Assembly: GCF_009914755.1 (NCBI RefSeq) | Contig: NC_060942.1 | Direction: 5' to 3' (one strand) | Origin: the human T2T-CHM13v2.0 reference genome, Homo sapiens | DNA: 64,000 nucleotides | Shown here: piece after piece, positions 14,313 through 30,311 of the stretch | How the letters are laid out: each line of letters starts with the position of its first letter | Numbering within the stretch: the first letter of the stretch is position 1 | Program-made: the position numbers and the translations under genes | Notes under the pieces: model-generated | Seen by the model: only the letters and a program-made list of their open reading frames with translations | What the model was told of the DNA's origin: nothing | Databases searched by the model: none

Positions 14313-14900
14313 TGCGGTCCCCTGTGCCCTGGCTGCTACATGGCCTGGCTCCCCTGTATCCTTGGCTCCCCTGTGCCCCGGCTTCCACATGACCCAGCTC
14401 ACCTGTGTATCAATCCCCCATGCCCTGACTCCCTTGTGCCCTGGCCTTCTTGTGTCCTGGCTCCCTGGCAGATCAACAGCTCCCCTCTCTTCCCAGCTTC
14501 TATTCTCTGTTATCAGCCCCCTATGCCCTGACTCCCCTGTGCCCTGGCCCCCTTATATGCTGGCTCCCCTGTGCCCCGGCTTCCATATGACCTAGCTCCC
14601 CTGTGTTCTCAACCTCCTATACCCTGACTTTTCGGTGCCCTGGCCCCCTTATATCCTGGCTCCCCTGCGCTCCGGATTCCATATGACCTGGCTTTCTTGT
14701 GTATCAACCCCCATGCCCTGACTCTCCTGTGTCCTGGCCCCCTTATATCCTGGCTCCCCTGTGCCCTGGCTTCCACATGACCCAGCTCCTCTGTATATCA
14801 ACACCCCATGCCCTGACTCCCTTGTGCCCTGGCCTTCTTGTGCCCTGGCCTTCTTGTGTCCTGGCTCCCTGGCAGATCAACAGCTCCCCTCTCTTCGCAG
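14313..14900. repeat. C-rich degenerate minisatellite (about 16-nt CTCCCCTGTGCCCTGG monomer, about 95-nt higher-order unit)
   Basis: Block TGGCTCCCCTGTGCCCCGGCTTCCAYATGACC recurs at 14363, 14561, 14657 and 14751. Confidence 0.85.
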
Positions 14901-16068
14901 CTCCTATTCACACTCTGGCTTTATGGGGAATGAAAGGGAACCTGCTGGACTGGAAGCTGGTTCTGCTGAGGGGAGTAGGAGTGGGCACTGGAGGAGTGGA
15001 AAGGGGCAGCGTGGCAGGGTGTGGTCTGTGGGTAAAGGGCTCAGGGCTAAGATCAGGCAGAGTAGACCTTGCACTTCATATGGCCTCATTTAGTTTCCTG
15101 TGGTCAGTACCTCCCTAGGCTTTGGTTTCACTAATCTGTGAAATGGAAATGAAGATGCCTGCCTCGCCCATCTCACAGGGCTGGTGTGAGGATCAAAAGA
15201 GATCCCAGCGGGAGCTCTTGGGCCTAGCCTGCCTATCCAGTTCTGCCTTTTTCAGAGGGCAGGCCTTCTTGTGGCTGCAGAGTGCCGAATCATGGGTCAG
15301 GCTGGCTTTGGGGGCCTTTGGGCTCCTGACATTGCAAGCTGCATGGAATTAAAATGAAGATATTCCATGAAAGCAGCAAAAGCTTGATTGAAAATCTTAT
15401 TTCCAGGCAACTTCACTTTGCTGCCCTAAAGCATAATTCCACCTTCCAAGCCTTGTCTCTGTCACTAACCACTCAGCTCCTCAGTCTCCTTATTTGTATA
15501 ATAAGGAGCTTGCATGAGTAATTTTTGGAGTCCTTGTAAGCTTTGAGGGTCCATGCTTTGTGTATGAAGCACCATCTCTTAGGAATAAAGAAGCAAGCAT
15601 TTATTGAGCACTTACTACATACCAGGCACTGTTCTAAGCAGTTCATGTAAATTATCCCATTAATCCTCTCAAAAACTCCCACAAAAGAGTATTATCCTGA
15701 TTTTAAAGATTGGAAAACTGAGGAATAGAGAGGCTAAGTAACTGGCCCTGGGACATACAGTGAGCAAGTAGAGGAGCTGTGATGGAAACTCCTCTCTGAC
15801 TCATAGCCAGGGTGAGGGAAAGGCGAGTGAGGCAGGCCATGCCAGAACAGAGTCAGACTCTGTCTTTATTTAAAATATTGATATTTTGCTCAGCATGGAG
15901 GTTTTTTTTGCATTTATTTGACTTTAAAAAACATTGCATTAAAATATCGTTAATCTTTATTACTGAGGCTTTTGGTGGCCCTTTAAATTTTGTGCCCCCA
16001 CCTTGGTGCTGACACAAACCCAAGCCTTGAACCACCAAGCTTCTCTTGGAGGCAGTGCAGAGTAGGAG

Positions 16069-16420
16069 TGATATGGTTTGGCTCTGTATCCCCACCCAAA
16101 TCTCACCTTGAACTGAATAATCCCCACATGTTAAGGGCAGGACCAGGTGGAGATAATTGAATCATGTGGGGGCAGTTTCCCACATGCTTTTCTTATGATA
16201 GTGAGTGAGCTCTCATAAGATCTGATGGTTTTACAAGGGACCTCCCCATTCTCTTGGCACTCATTCTCTCTCCTGCTGCCCTGTGAAGAGGTGCTTTCCA
16301 CCATGGCTGTAGGTTTCCTGAGGCTCTCCAACTATGTGGAACTGTGAGTCAATTAAACCTCCTTTTTTTTAAGTTACCCATTCTTGGGTATTTCTTCATA
16401 GCAGAGTGAGAATGAACTAA
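16069..16420 (+). mobile_element. THE1 (ERVL-MaLR) solo LTR
   Basis: TGATATGGTTTGGCTCTGT...GAACTGTGAGTCAATTAAACCTC consensus features. Confidence 0.9.
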
Positions 16421-16856
16421 ACCAAAAGGTGAAGGGAATGGACTCTGCCACCCAACTGCCTGGGTTTGAAATCCTGGTTCTGTCCCTTGGTTGCATAACT
16501 TGAGCCAATTACATAATCTATTGTACCTCATTTACCCCATCAGTAAAATGGGGAGAGTAATAGCACCCACATTATAGATCAGGTGAGATAATTCAATTAG
16601 TCACGTTAAGTGCTTAGAACAGTGCCTGCCATGAAGGTTAGTTGTCACTTTATTAATTCTGTTATTCCTTCTGGGGCTTGTCCAGGCAAGGCTTGGTTCT
16701 TGATGAAAGAAAAGGGACATAAGAGCAGGAAAGACAATAGTTCTGCCCACAGCATCTCAGGGTGTACTGAGTGGGTTACAGGTGGAGAAGTTGCATGCTG
16801 GGCTCATGGAGAAACCTTGAATCCTTGCTCTATCCAAGGCGTTTTCTACCCAACAG

Positions 16857-16961
16857 GTCGTCCATGAAATCCGAAACTACCCTTACCCTCAGCTTCACTT
16901 CCTTGCTCTCCAGGGACTAAATCCCAGCAGACACACCTCCGCCGTACGGGAGAGCTATGAG
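16857..16961 (+). CDS. ARK2C: ARK2C exon (VVHEIRNYPYPQLHFLALQGLNPSRHTSAVRESYE)
   Basis: CAACAG acceptor, GTATGT donor, 105 nt, phase 0/0. Confidence 0.96.
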
Positions 16962-17264
16962 GTATGTTGCTCTGTCTGGTACCAACTGGGTTGGTGGAGA
17001 TGCCATTATTGTTATCATCCCTTTTCCCTCCCCACCTCTGCTGGTGAGTAGGGTATGGGTGTCAGGAAGCTTCAGGGTTAAGAGTAAGAAAGAGAAGAAG
17101 GGAGAGCCAGTAGAGATATTGCAGTCTTTCAGCATCAGATGAGTTCTTCCTGATAGCTATGTGAATGCTTCCTGCTCATGTCTTCCAGCTCCCAATCCAT
17201 ATCCTGTGTGCATGTGGGCATTTATACATGCTGAGCACACATGTGCACATTTTTCTCTTTCCAG

Positions 17265-17360
17265 GAGCTGCTGCAGCTCGAGGACAGGTTGGGTAATGTG
17301 ACTCGGGGAGCTGTACAGAACACCATTGAGAGGTTCACCTTCCCCCACAAGTATAAGAAG
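17265..17360 (+). CDS. ARK2C: ARK2C exon ([32 protein letters not shown]), Arkadia-family pre-RING NRG/TIER-like segment
   Basis: Polypyrimidine tract plus CCAG acceptor, GTGGGT donor, 96 nt. YEELLxLxxRLG motif typical of Arkadia/RNF38-type RING ligases. Confidence 0.97.
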
Positions 17361-17959
17361 GTGGGTCTGCCAGCAGGCCAGCCTGCATAGTCAGGGAATG
17401 GGGCAGGGGGGTTGTCTAATTGACTCTGGCCTGGTTGTTCACAGAGGGGTGCAGTCCAGATTCTAGAAACCTTTGCTCTGGTTAGATGCTCTAAAGCTGT
17501 AATAACTTCCCAGGGTCATGTTACTTTTCTGTGCCAGGTGTGGCCAGGAGGGAAGATGGAAGGCCTCTCATTAGTAAAGAAGGAGAGCTGGGTATCCGTG
17601 TGTGCATGTGGACTTGCCATTGGGTATATTACATACATATACATGTATAGGTGTCAGGCACATAAATACTTGTCTCTAAATGAGATGGGGAAAGGGGATA
17701 CCTGCACAGAAGGCTAATATTTGCCTTAGAAAATAATTCTATGTCCAATCTCACATGTGAACAAATGGGAAAGCAAGGCATCCAAGCAGAGGTTTTCAAA
17801 CCTGACTGAGCGTCAGGATCACCTGGGGAGCTTTTAAAGCCACAGAGTCACAGGTTTTATCCTAAGTCTGTAGAGGTAGAATCTCCAGGGCTAAGAACTA
17901 GGAATCTAGGATAAGATTAGAGCCCAGGAAACTGAGTTTAAAATTTTTTTTTTAATTAA

Positions 17960-19210
<1,251 letters not shown>

Positions 19211-20404
19211 AAATATTAATACATTTTTAAAACATTCATCCTTCCCAGGGGAAATTAAAAGCTTGACAAACATTAAGAATCTTAGAGCAGGACTGTCCTC
19301 ATCATTGTCAAGCCAAGGACCGTCTTCACTCCCTCATGAGACCCTAGGGTGCATTGGTCGAGAGCACTCTTAGAGTTAGAGCCAATTTTGACTCTCGGTT
19401 CTACCCCTTATAACTCCGTTACTTTGGACAACTTCTTGGCTTTTCTGGCCCCTCCCTGTCCACCTCCCCCTTTTAAAATGTGAAATGGGAATGATCTCAT
19501 TAGTAGCTACCATACGGGGTGCTGTGGGGACTCAACGGGATGATGCACTTGAACAGCTTGGCACAGTGCCTGGTATCTACTAAGTGCCCAGGAATGGTGA
19601 GCTGCTGATACCTTGATGCTTTTCCCTAACCCATGTGCTGGTGGTGTCAATGTCAAAGACTGTGAATCAGTATAGGCAGCTCCTCTCAAGGCACTGGATT
19701 TATTCGTAAATGATTTCAACCGCAGTTATTGAGTACCTACTATGTATCAAACCTTGGCTAGTGTGCTAATAGAGGAAATGGCAGCATTTCAGTAATTAAG
19801 GGTGTCATCTACAGGGGAAAATGATCATTCTCTGGAGAGAGAGAGTTTTAAGCTATTGGAGAAGAACATAGAAGGAAATGAGTGGTGTATTCAAGTCCAG
19901 GAGCAGCACCTGTGTCCCGGACCAGGGAGTGTTTACTCCTACCGAGGATGCACGCCTCACCTGCTGTCACTTCAACAGGCACGAGGAAATTGTGAAGAGA
20001 ACCAATGCTAAGAATTAAAAGGGGAAATGGACTGAATCAAGTAGATAAAGGGCTCGGGTAAAAAGGAGAATAAAAAGAATTAAGGGAATAAAATATTATA
20101 AAAAAAGAACAAAATGAATTAAAAATAAGAAATGACAAAAGTTAGGACCCAAATAAAATGTGGAAAAAACCCTTAAAAATTATACACAAGTGAAAAAGAC
20201 AATAAAGAAGAAAAACACCTTAAAAATTTAAATTGAGAGTATAATCATATACAATAAAATATATACTTTAAAATAGTAATGATGTAAGAATAAAAATATA
20301 GAAAATACTGAGTCAAAATAGAAAAATATGCAAAGAATAAAAACTAGAAAGAGATATGAAAGCAACATATAAAATTAACATCAATAACATCATAGTTAAA
20401 AGGG

Positions 20405-20704
<300 letters not shown>

Positions 20705-22115
20705 AGGGAAGGTTAATGAAACGAGAAGATATATAGATTAGACAGCAAAACAAGGTAATATTAAGCTAAAATTTTTAACTATTAAAGGAAAATCATGAAT
20801 AATGATGGCAAAAAAATAGTAGAAAGTAGGCAAATAGGCAAATTGGTGACTCTTACCAATACATTTTATTGGACCTCCTTTTTCTAGCAGGGTCAGCTAA
20901 ACGAAGGCCACTCTTCCAGCAAACACAGCTGGACTCTTAAGCAGGCAGATCATCATGACTCTATTCATACTCTAAAGCCATGACAATTATACGGGACTAT
21001 GGATGTAATTCTGATTTTCTGGATTCTGGATAAGGGAAAACTTATTACAGAAGCCTAGCAGGGTTTGCAGTGGAGTATATAGGGCACAGCGAGGCAGAGA
21101 GCAGAACAAATAGATTTTCTTGTGTGTTCCAGTGAGGTTACAGTATTCCCCAGACTAAACCAGACTCAGGATCTCCAGAGTTTAGGACCAGAGGCCAGAG
21201 AAGGGAGACTTGGCATCCGGGCCTTGCCCCACGGTCATTCTCTAGGTAGTCTTCATCTTGTGACTCTTCAGATTTTTCTCTTTGCAAAATGATCTTGAAG
21301 TCAGCCTGTCTCTGGAGAGGGACAGAATGAGTAATTTTCTTCTTATGGTTATTGTTAGACTGTTTCATGGCACAGTGTGAAGATGTGAACATGAAAGGTG
21401 GGCTGATTTCGCTCACGACTAGATTTCTTCTTTGCCAAAATATTTACCAAGTACTAATACGCCTTGTAAGTGACCAAGTATGGGGTGGTACTTAAAGAAG
21501 GGTAAGTCATGAGTCCATGCCATCTGAATTTGAGACTTTACATAATGGTAAACTACATAATGATTCTACATATGGCTTCTACATAACGGTAAACTATTTT
21601 CAAATAATCAGCATAAAATGAAAAACAGTACAAGGGAAGTCAACAAGTATAAACAGTGTTTCATGATTGCTTTACGATAGTGCCTATCTTAAGTGAACTT
21701 TCTGGATAGAAAGATAAATCCAACAATATAAATAGTTTATAACAATGGCTACAGTTTGTAAGAGTTGATGTCTTCACGTAGTTATCAGTGAATAAATGAG
21801 TCAACAGTGGTTGACTGAAAGAATAAATGAAACCTGCTGGGCCTGAAAGTGGAGGGAGAAACCTGAAGGCAGGAATCTAGGTTGTAAAGGGTGTTGAGGG
21901 GGAGTGGATGGTGTGAAGGGACCAGAAAAGGGAAACTGTGCACAGTCATAGCTTTGCAAAGGATCGATTCATTAGGAACCCAATTTCTTTCTAAGCTCTG
22001 TATCCCTAGAAAGTGCCTGGGACAGCAAAAATGATGTCCACTTGACCTCTTCCTACTGCCCTTGCTGCAGGAGAGTAGCTGGGAAGGAGTTCTGGGTATT
22101 ACTTAAGAACTTTAT

Positions 22116-22426
22116 GGCCGGGCAAGGTGGCTCACATCTATAATCCCAGCACTTTGGGAGGCTGAGGCAAGCAGATCACCTGAGCTCAGGAGTTCAAGAC
22201 CAGCCTGACCAACATGGTGAAACCCTGTCTCTACAAAAATACAAAAATTAGCCAGGCATGATGGCAAGTGCCTGTAATCCCAGCTACTCGGAGGCTGAGG
22301 TGGGAGAATCGCTTGAACCCAGGAGGTGGAAGTTGCAGTGAGCCAAGATCACGCTATTGCACTCCAGCCTGGGCAACACAGCAAGAATCAGTCTCAAAAA
22401 CAAAACAAAACAAACAAAAAAAGAAA
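22116..22426 (+). mobile_element. AluS
   Basis: Full-length Alu ending about 110 nt before an ARK2C acceptor. Confidence 0.93.
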
Positions 22427-22534
22427 CTTTAAAAAACCTGACTCCCAGGGGAAGAGCAGGCTGTGGGTGAAAACCACCAGCCACCAGCTGAGTCTGCCCC
22501 AGGTAATGAATACTACTCTCTCTGCTTCTCATAG

Positions 22535-22641
22535 CGAAGACCCCAGGATGGCAAGGGCAAGAAGGATGAGGGGGAGGAGTCAGACACAGATGAGAAATGC
22601 ACAATTTGTCTGTCTATGCTGGAAGATGGAGAAGATGTGAG
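22535..22641 (+). CDS. ARK2C: ARK2C exon (RRPQDGKGKKDEGEESDTDEKCTICLSMLEDGEDVR), start of RING domain
   Basis: CTTCTCATAG acceptor, GTAGGA donor, 107 nt, CxxC motif. Confidence 0.97.
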
Positions 22642-23059
22642 GTAGGAGACCGCCATTTTGATTCCCTCTCCCCTCTCTTATAGGTATTGGTGACCAATCA
22701 CTGCACCGTGTGTCTGGGAGTTGGGGTGCTTGTTTGCTTGTGCACGTATGTGCCAAGTGTGCTATAATGTGCTTCATGGTTGCCCTGGGAAGGTGGGGTA
22801 TGAAATGTTCTAGATGTGTGATGCCCGGGTACGGACGCGAGGATGAAAAGTGTAGGAGAACAGTGTGGTGTTCGGTCTGAATGCGTCTAAGACAAAGTTG
22901 TGGCTTTGTTTCAGGCTGATCTGAAAGCGCTTCCTGGCGGAGGCTTCATGGTTTCCCATCTCAGCCACAGCCTCCCTCCATAGCCGGGCAGTTCCCCAGG
23001 AGTCCTAGGTGTGTGTCCCTGCTCCGCTCAGTGTCCCTCAGCTCTTGCCGGGCCTCTGA

Positions 23060-23197
<138 letters not shown>

Positions 23198-26100
23198 GGG
23201 AGGAATTAGCCAGTGGACACCCCATTTCCTTCACCAGGTCCCCCCACGGCCATAGCCCTTGCAGCCAAACTTTGCCTTCTGAGCCATTTGACGTAGAGGA
23301 AAAGCCTGCAAGCACATTTTGTGGAAAGAGGAGTTGGTGGTATCGGTGTCGAGGGAGAGGAGGGGGTTGGGGAGGACCCACCTCTCCAGAATGGCGACTG
23401 TCCCCATCCGCCTGGCTGAGCAGGAGAGAGGGAGCTGGCGGTGCCCAGCGCAAGGGCGGGAAGGAGGGGCCCAGGCTGCGGAGAACCCAGGTGGGATCCT
23501 GAAGGCACTAGCTGACAGACGGGCCCCTCAATCCTGTCCTCTGAAGGATTGTATATATACCTCTCGACCACGTAGGAACCATGTAGGGGTCTCTAGCTAT
23601 TTCTGTGGATGGCAGCCGGAGCATGTTAGCTTAAGAAAAATGTTGTGTGTGGTGCTCTAGTCATCTTGTGGTGGACATGTCGCTATTACCGAATTCGCAC
23701 CAAATATTTCTCATTGAGTTTCTTGTTTTGGTGCCTGACCGAACCAACGACAGCCCCAATCTTCCCGTCTTTATGAGAGAAAAGGAAAAAGGAATCAAAG
23801 GTGGAAGAAAAAAAAAGCCAAATTCTGTTTACGGTGAAAAAGGATTTTGTTTTTCACCCAATTTGGGAGGCGGGAGGGGGGGGTTCTCGTTTTATTTTTG
23901 TTTTTGTTTTTACCTTGGCTTTTGTTTTTCTCATGTTTACAGTGCACGGAGTGTGGAAGGGGGTCTAGGAGAGGGAGAGCTGGAAAAGGAGCTGATGGGG
24001 TCTTATCCTGGCCTCTGAGGGTTCAGCGGAGGTGAGGAAGGCAGCAGAGCTCCAGCAGGTGAAGGGAGAGTTCATCTAGGCGGGGCTCCCCAGGCCCAGG
24101 GCTCAACTTCATGGCCCCAGCTATATCCCCCCAGTTCCACACTAAACCAGGGAGGGCTCGGCCCTCAGCTACTGGTACCCAATGTGTTCCTGGGAGCCGA
24201 GAGACCCATGGTCACTCCAACTCCTTCCTTTAGGCTGTGCTCTTGCCTGTCACAAAGAGGCAACGTAGCCACTGCCTCCCTATGCAAAAAATTAACCAGA
24301 TGATGCAGATAAGACAGCATAGGTGATGGCTGCTTGGTCTTGGCCACAGTGCTCTCAGCCAGCACTAAGGGCTGAGGTCAATACCGCAGACCTTGGGGAG
24401 GAAGCTGAGCATCCCCCGGGATGTCTCCAGTCCTGACACAGTCCCTCAGAGATGGCCCTGGCTCTGAGGTCACATCAGCTAGGTTTGGGAGGCCCCTCAG
24501 CTTGGTTTGGGAGTGCCCGTGTTCCTGGTCTCTGGCTGCTTCTCTGACTCTTTGATAACCTTGGGCAAGTCCCTTTCTTTCTCTGTGCCTCAGTTTCCTT
24601 CTCCTTTGAGGGGGGAGAGAGAACAGTGCAGCCCCATTTCCGGTCCTGCTACCTCACCTAGATGTTGTGAGGATTCATATTCTCTGTCCAGCGTGTTCTA
24701 TGCTCTCTTCTGAGAACCTTGTGGGGTGTCGGGATGGGGGTGCTGGGAGACACAGACCTGATACAGTATGTCTTTCTGCACCACCTCACAATTTTCCTGA
24801 ACCCCAAAGGGAGCAGAGAGATAAGAGGACAGAAGAATGGAGATGGGAAAATCCACCAAATTCCAACCCAAACCCAACTTTCTTTCTCCCTATGTGGAAG
24901 ACACCAGATTAGCTGGAATTCTGCCACCTTCCTTTGTGCCCCACCCCCCACTGTTCCCTCATTTGCACTGCTCTGTAAGCCTCCCCCTCACCTCCATTCA
25001 TAACCCAGTCTCAATGCCCTCGTATCAATAAGACCGGGGTAAGGGGGACAGGATACTTGTCACATATTTGAAGAAATTCCATACAGTGAAGGAAATTTGA
25101 GTCTGTATTGCTGCTACAAGGGTAAAACCAGGACCAATGGGTAAAAGTAACAGGCGGGCAGATTTTGGCTTGAGGAAGAGCTTCTAGCACGACTGGTTCA
25201 TGCGGGAATAGCTGCTCTGGCCACCTGCAGGCAGAAAGTGGGGGAAGTGGCTCCTGGCAGGAGATTTCTCCCAGCACTAATATCCTGGTGTTCTATAAAA
25301 TCTTTATTGAGTGCCTACCGGTGCAGGCGCTGGGAGAGACAATAGCTTTGAGGAGCTCACAATCTAGCTGAGGAGACAAGACACATCCAATGCTGCAAAA
25401 ATGGTGAATAACCTGATTCAGGGTTAGCAGCAATGAGTATCACAGCGTCCAACTCAGTAGCTCCAGTGTATGAAAATGTCTCCAGGGCTAAAGGCTGGAG
25501 ATCTCACCAGTGGGGAAAGTACATCTGAGTCAGGATTTTGGGGGAAAGCTAGTTACTGATAGCCACAGGAAGTTGAGACTTCTGCCCCATTCTCTCCAAT
25601 GGCTGGGTGAAAACCAAGAATTCATCGGAAGATGGCTTTGGCCTGGAGGTAGCTAGGGTGGTCTAGGAAGCTCACTCCTCTCTTAGTCTCAGTCTTTCAT
25701 TCTTTCTGCTGAGACTGGCCTGAAAGGCTGGCAAGTGGGAGGGAGTCAGTGGGGAGGCCAGGATAGAACTAGAGCTGGTGTCCCAGGTTCCAGTCTGGGC
25801 TCTTCACTGACAAAGTGGGCAACACTAGAAACTTCCCTTTGTCTCTCTGGGCCTTAGTTTCCTCAGTTACAACCTAAGGAGGTTGGATTGGATGCTTGCT
25901 AATTTCCTTCTGACACTCACACTCCCTAACATCAACACATCTTCAAGGCGGCAGAGCTGTGCGCCCACCCAGCTATTGAAAAGGACTTTCTGTGGGCACA
26001 CACTCTGTTTCAGACTGGGCTGGGGGCACACGTGCTGGGTGAGACAGTGGGCCCTCGTCCCCTCCCCCCTCCCAATTCTCTGCCCCAGGCTAATATTAGG

Positions 26101-27231
26101 GACTGGGGAGGGGACCACCAGAGGGGAGAGGGAAGCTGCTTACTTTGGGGGTAGACCCTGAAGCCCCTCCTCCTTCCCCCACAGATGGGGACAGGAGGTG
26201 ATGGGGTGCTCAGAACCCTGCAGCTCCCACTTCTTTAGCCGGGCAGCTGTTTGGGGGACAAGAGAGGGCCAGGGTCTGTGCTTCTGCTCCCGGCACTGGT
26301 CAGGGAGTCTGGGAAGAGTGGAGAAGAGGCAGGGTCAGGCCTCAGCATCTCACATCCACCACCTCCAGGAGGGGAGACCACTGGTAAGTCCTCCTCCTGC
26401 TCAACTCAAGGGACTCAGACCCTTTCTTGACTGAGACGCATGAGTGCCTTCTGGGGTGAGAGCAGCCCCAGGGTTTAAGTTGGGCGTCCTAGCAGCTGCA
26501 GCAGCTGTGCCGCCGCGGGTCCACCGAGGACGCCAATCAATCAACCCAACACCACAAGCTTGGTTGGGTGCAAGCAGAGGGTGAGCAGGGGCTGCCCCTC
26601 CACCTGGCCAGGACCCCCTTCGGCACCCAGTTGCCCTTGGCCACCACCTGTGGCAGGACTCAAGCTCCTCTTCTGCAAATGTTCCCAGCCTCCGTGCAAG
26701 TATTCTTAACTCTTTACGCCTAATGAACAAGCACAGTTTTTCAATGGTGAAGAAAAAAGCACCAGACTTTTTTTCTTTTTTTCCTAAAGAAATCCCCTAA
26801 GCCCCCCGCCTGTAGGCGGGACAAACACTCCCTGCGTGGGGCTGTAGCAACGTCTGTCAGGCCCCCTTGTGTTTCATCTCCTGCGCGCGTAGAGCAAATG
26901 CTAGAGCGATTTCAGCTGATAGAAAAACAAAAATGAAAAAAAAAACACAAAAAACAAAAAACATGGCACGTTGCTAGTTTACAGGGTTTTGTGAGTTTAA
27001 ATGCCTTATATTTAACAATCATAATTTATGACTAACTTGTAGATATCGTGGGTTCTTATTTAATTATTTTTATAGTTGTTTTGCATTTTTAATTATAATT
27101 TATTTATTTAGAAAGGATACTAATTTTTTTTATTACTCCTATTACCTCATTTTGGCGTTGTTTCTGGGAGTGGAATGCTTTGCATGCATTGGTACGATGA
27201 CAAACAACTACGAATACAAAAAAAAAATTTA

Positions 27232-27237
27232 AATAAA
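27232..27237 (+). terminator. Candidate proximal poly(A) signal AATAAA
   Basis: AATAAA at the end of an AU-rich block with modest GU-rich sequence downstream. Confidence 0.55.
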
Positions 27238-27892
27238 ATTCTGCAAACTTTATTTCGTCCGAACTATCAGGGTGTGTGATTGCAAGCTGTCCTACCGTGG
27301 TGCTGGCCTCTTTGGATACATTCCATACGAAATGCAAACCTTTGATTCTGTATGCTGTGATCTAGTGAAAAACTCCAATATAGTGACTGTATTTAGCACA
27401 TATATAAATATAATTTGCACTTGTCAGCAGACTGGGGTAATCCTTTCACTTGCTACACTTGGCACCCCCCCGCCCCCACCACAACCCTGCCTCTCCATCA
27501 TGAACCTGCCTTTCCTCCTCCCTCGCTCCTCCCACAACCTCAGCCCACCCAGCCGGTATCCTCTGAGGAAAGTCTTGGGGCACTAGAGGCCACTGTCTCC
27601 ACCTGGCCTCCAACTCCAGAATTGGAGCCCTCCAGACATTACAAGAGGAACATCAGAGAGCCAAAAAGCCTGACTTCTTAGAAGGAGCCCTGGACTGGGG
27701 AGCCGGGAGGCTCAGGTTTTCAAATCTGCTCCATGACAGACGTCCCAATGACCTTGAGCAAGTCCCTTGGCCCCTGAGTCTCAGTTTTCTGGGTGGGGTG
27801 AGTGAGGAGAACTGGGAGATCTTTAGGGTCCCTTAGATTCAAGTAGAATGTGACACAGATCCCGTGGGAAACCACTGTGCTGTGCTGTCTCA

Positions 27893-28318
<426 letters not shown>

Positions 28319-29672
28319 TCAGAGTTGACTTTCGGGAGGGTTTTTGTCCTATAATATGTGGCATCCTGTGGGTGACAGGGAGGTGAGTTAGGTGGACACG
28401 TATAGGACGTGCCCTTTCATAAGGCTTGGGCAGTCATTTGGCGAGTGAGCTGAAATCCATGTCTTGTTAGAGATAGGGATGGGGTAGGCAGAAAGGAGCT
28501 CCAAACTATGGGTTTGGGATTGGCACCCCTATCCTATCATCACCCAGAGTCTTCATTGTTGAGAGGCTGCCCATGGAAAACAGATTGGGACATAGATTTT
28601 GGAATCAAGGTCTCTGCTCCTGGCATCTCCTCTGTGCGTCTCCCTCTGCCTTTGCTCCCTGGGGACTGTGGGCAGGAGGAGCTTCTTCGGAGGACCGGGA
28701 GTGGGCCTCCAGTCCCCCTGCCCCTGTAGAGGAATAATGAGGGAGGACATGGGGAAGTCACTGTCAAAGGCTGGCACAGCTGTGAGCCCAATGCCTCTGA
28801 GCGAAAAGGAGAGAGAGGGAGTTCACGCCCCTGAGAGTAGCCCCCTGAGCCGGCTGGGACCTGGACTGCCTGCTTTCCTCCTGCCTCTTCCCCTTTCCCT
28901 CCTTCACAGCTTATCCTCCTTCTTCCCTCTTTACATCACTGCCTTTACCTGGTGGGGATGAGGCCCCATGGGGAAGGTGCTGATGTGGAGGGAGGAAGTG
29001 GAGACCGAGATTCGCCATACTGCCCAGGGAGGCTGTGTGAGAACTGGGCTGTGTATGGTCCCTAAAGCCTCAACTCTGCCCCAGCTGGGCGATGGGTGCC
29101 CCTCTCTGGGCTTCCTGCCTAGCTTCCCCTTCTGCCTCCAGCCTGGAGCCTTGCTTTCCCTGGAGACAAGCCCGTGGAGTCCCCCACCACACTGGAGGGA
29201 GCACGACCACCACACTGCTGGGCCTGGCAGACACCACATCTTTGGCAGGGCTCCTGGACGGGCATGCCTTATGCTGCTCTGCAGGGTCAGAGTGGAAAGG
29301 GGCCCTTTGCCCTGGCTGGCCTGTGCCCTCACCCTTGAGCCCCTCCCCCCACTCCACCCCTGGCCTCGGATGCGGCTAATTTCTCAGCCATGGAGCCAGC
29401 TGCACCAGCCCTCGAGGGGGTAATTTTGTTGCCCCTGGCAAGTGAAAGGATTATCCTCAGTGTTGATTGTCCTTTTTTGTAATCCTCCTGCTGTTCTGTT
29501 CTGTTGTGCTGTGCAACATTTTGCTACATAGACTATTTTATAGCAGAAAGCTAGAAGAATATTTATTATGAATATTAAAGCAATAGTGCATCAATGAAAA
29601 GGCGGAGACATTAGGAATTGTGTAAATGCTTAGATTCACTTTTGGTGGATTTTTTGTACTTTATTTATAACT

Positions 29673-29678
29673 AATAAA
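29673..29678 (+). terminator. Candidate distal poly(A) signal AATAAA
   Basis: Upstream TTTTTGTA/TGTA elements and a downstream GU/U-rich tract (GGGTGTTTATTTTGGTGTGT at about 29715-29734). Confidence 0.65.
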
Positions 29679-30011
29679 AATGAACTGCATTGCTAACTAC
29701 ACCTTATGCCTGCTGGGTGTTTATTTTGGTGTGTACCCAGGGCATGTCGGAGGAAGCCTCGCCAGGCCTCTGTCTTTGTCCAAGATAAGAGGCACTATCA
29801 GTTATCTATCTAGCTCTCACCAACTTGCCTTGTTCTCTCTCCTTTTTCTCTTATTTTCCTCTTCCCTTTCTGCCCCTCTTTCACCCTTTTCTTCCCCCCC
29901 CTTCTTGTCTCTTATCTATTTCTTTCTTGTATCTCTTTATCTCTTAAAGAATCTGTTCTATGACTGTGGACCAATCATCTAATTGACCTATTTCCTGAAC
30001 TTTAGGTATGA

Positions 30012-30311
<300 letters not shown>

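Noticed and set aside
20030-20400. Extremely A-rich 370-bp tract with AATAAA motifs inside an ARK2C intron
   Set aside because: Low-complexity or decayed L1-like sequence. No downstream GU element to support intronic polyadenylation.
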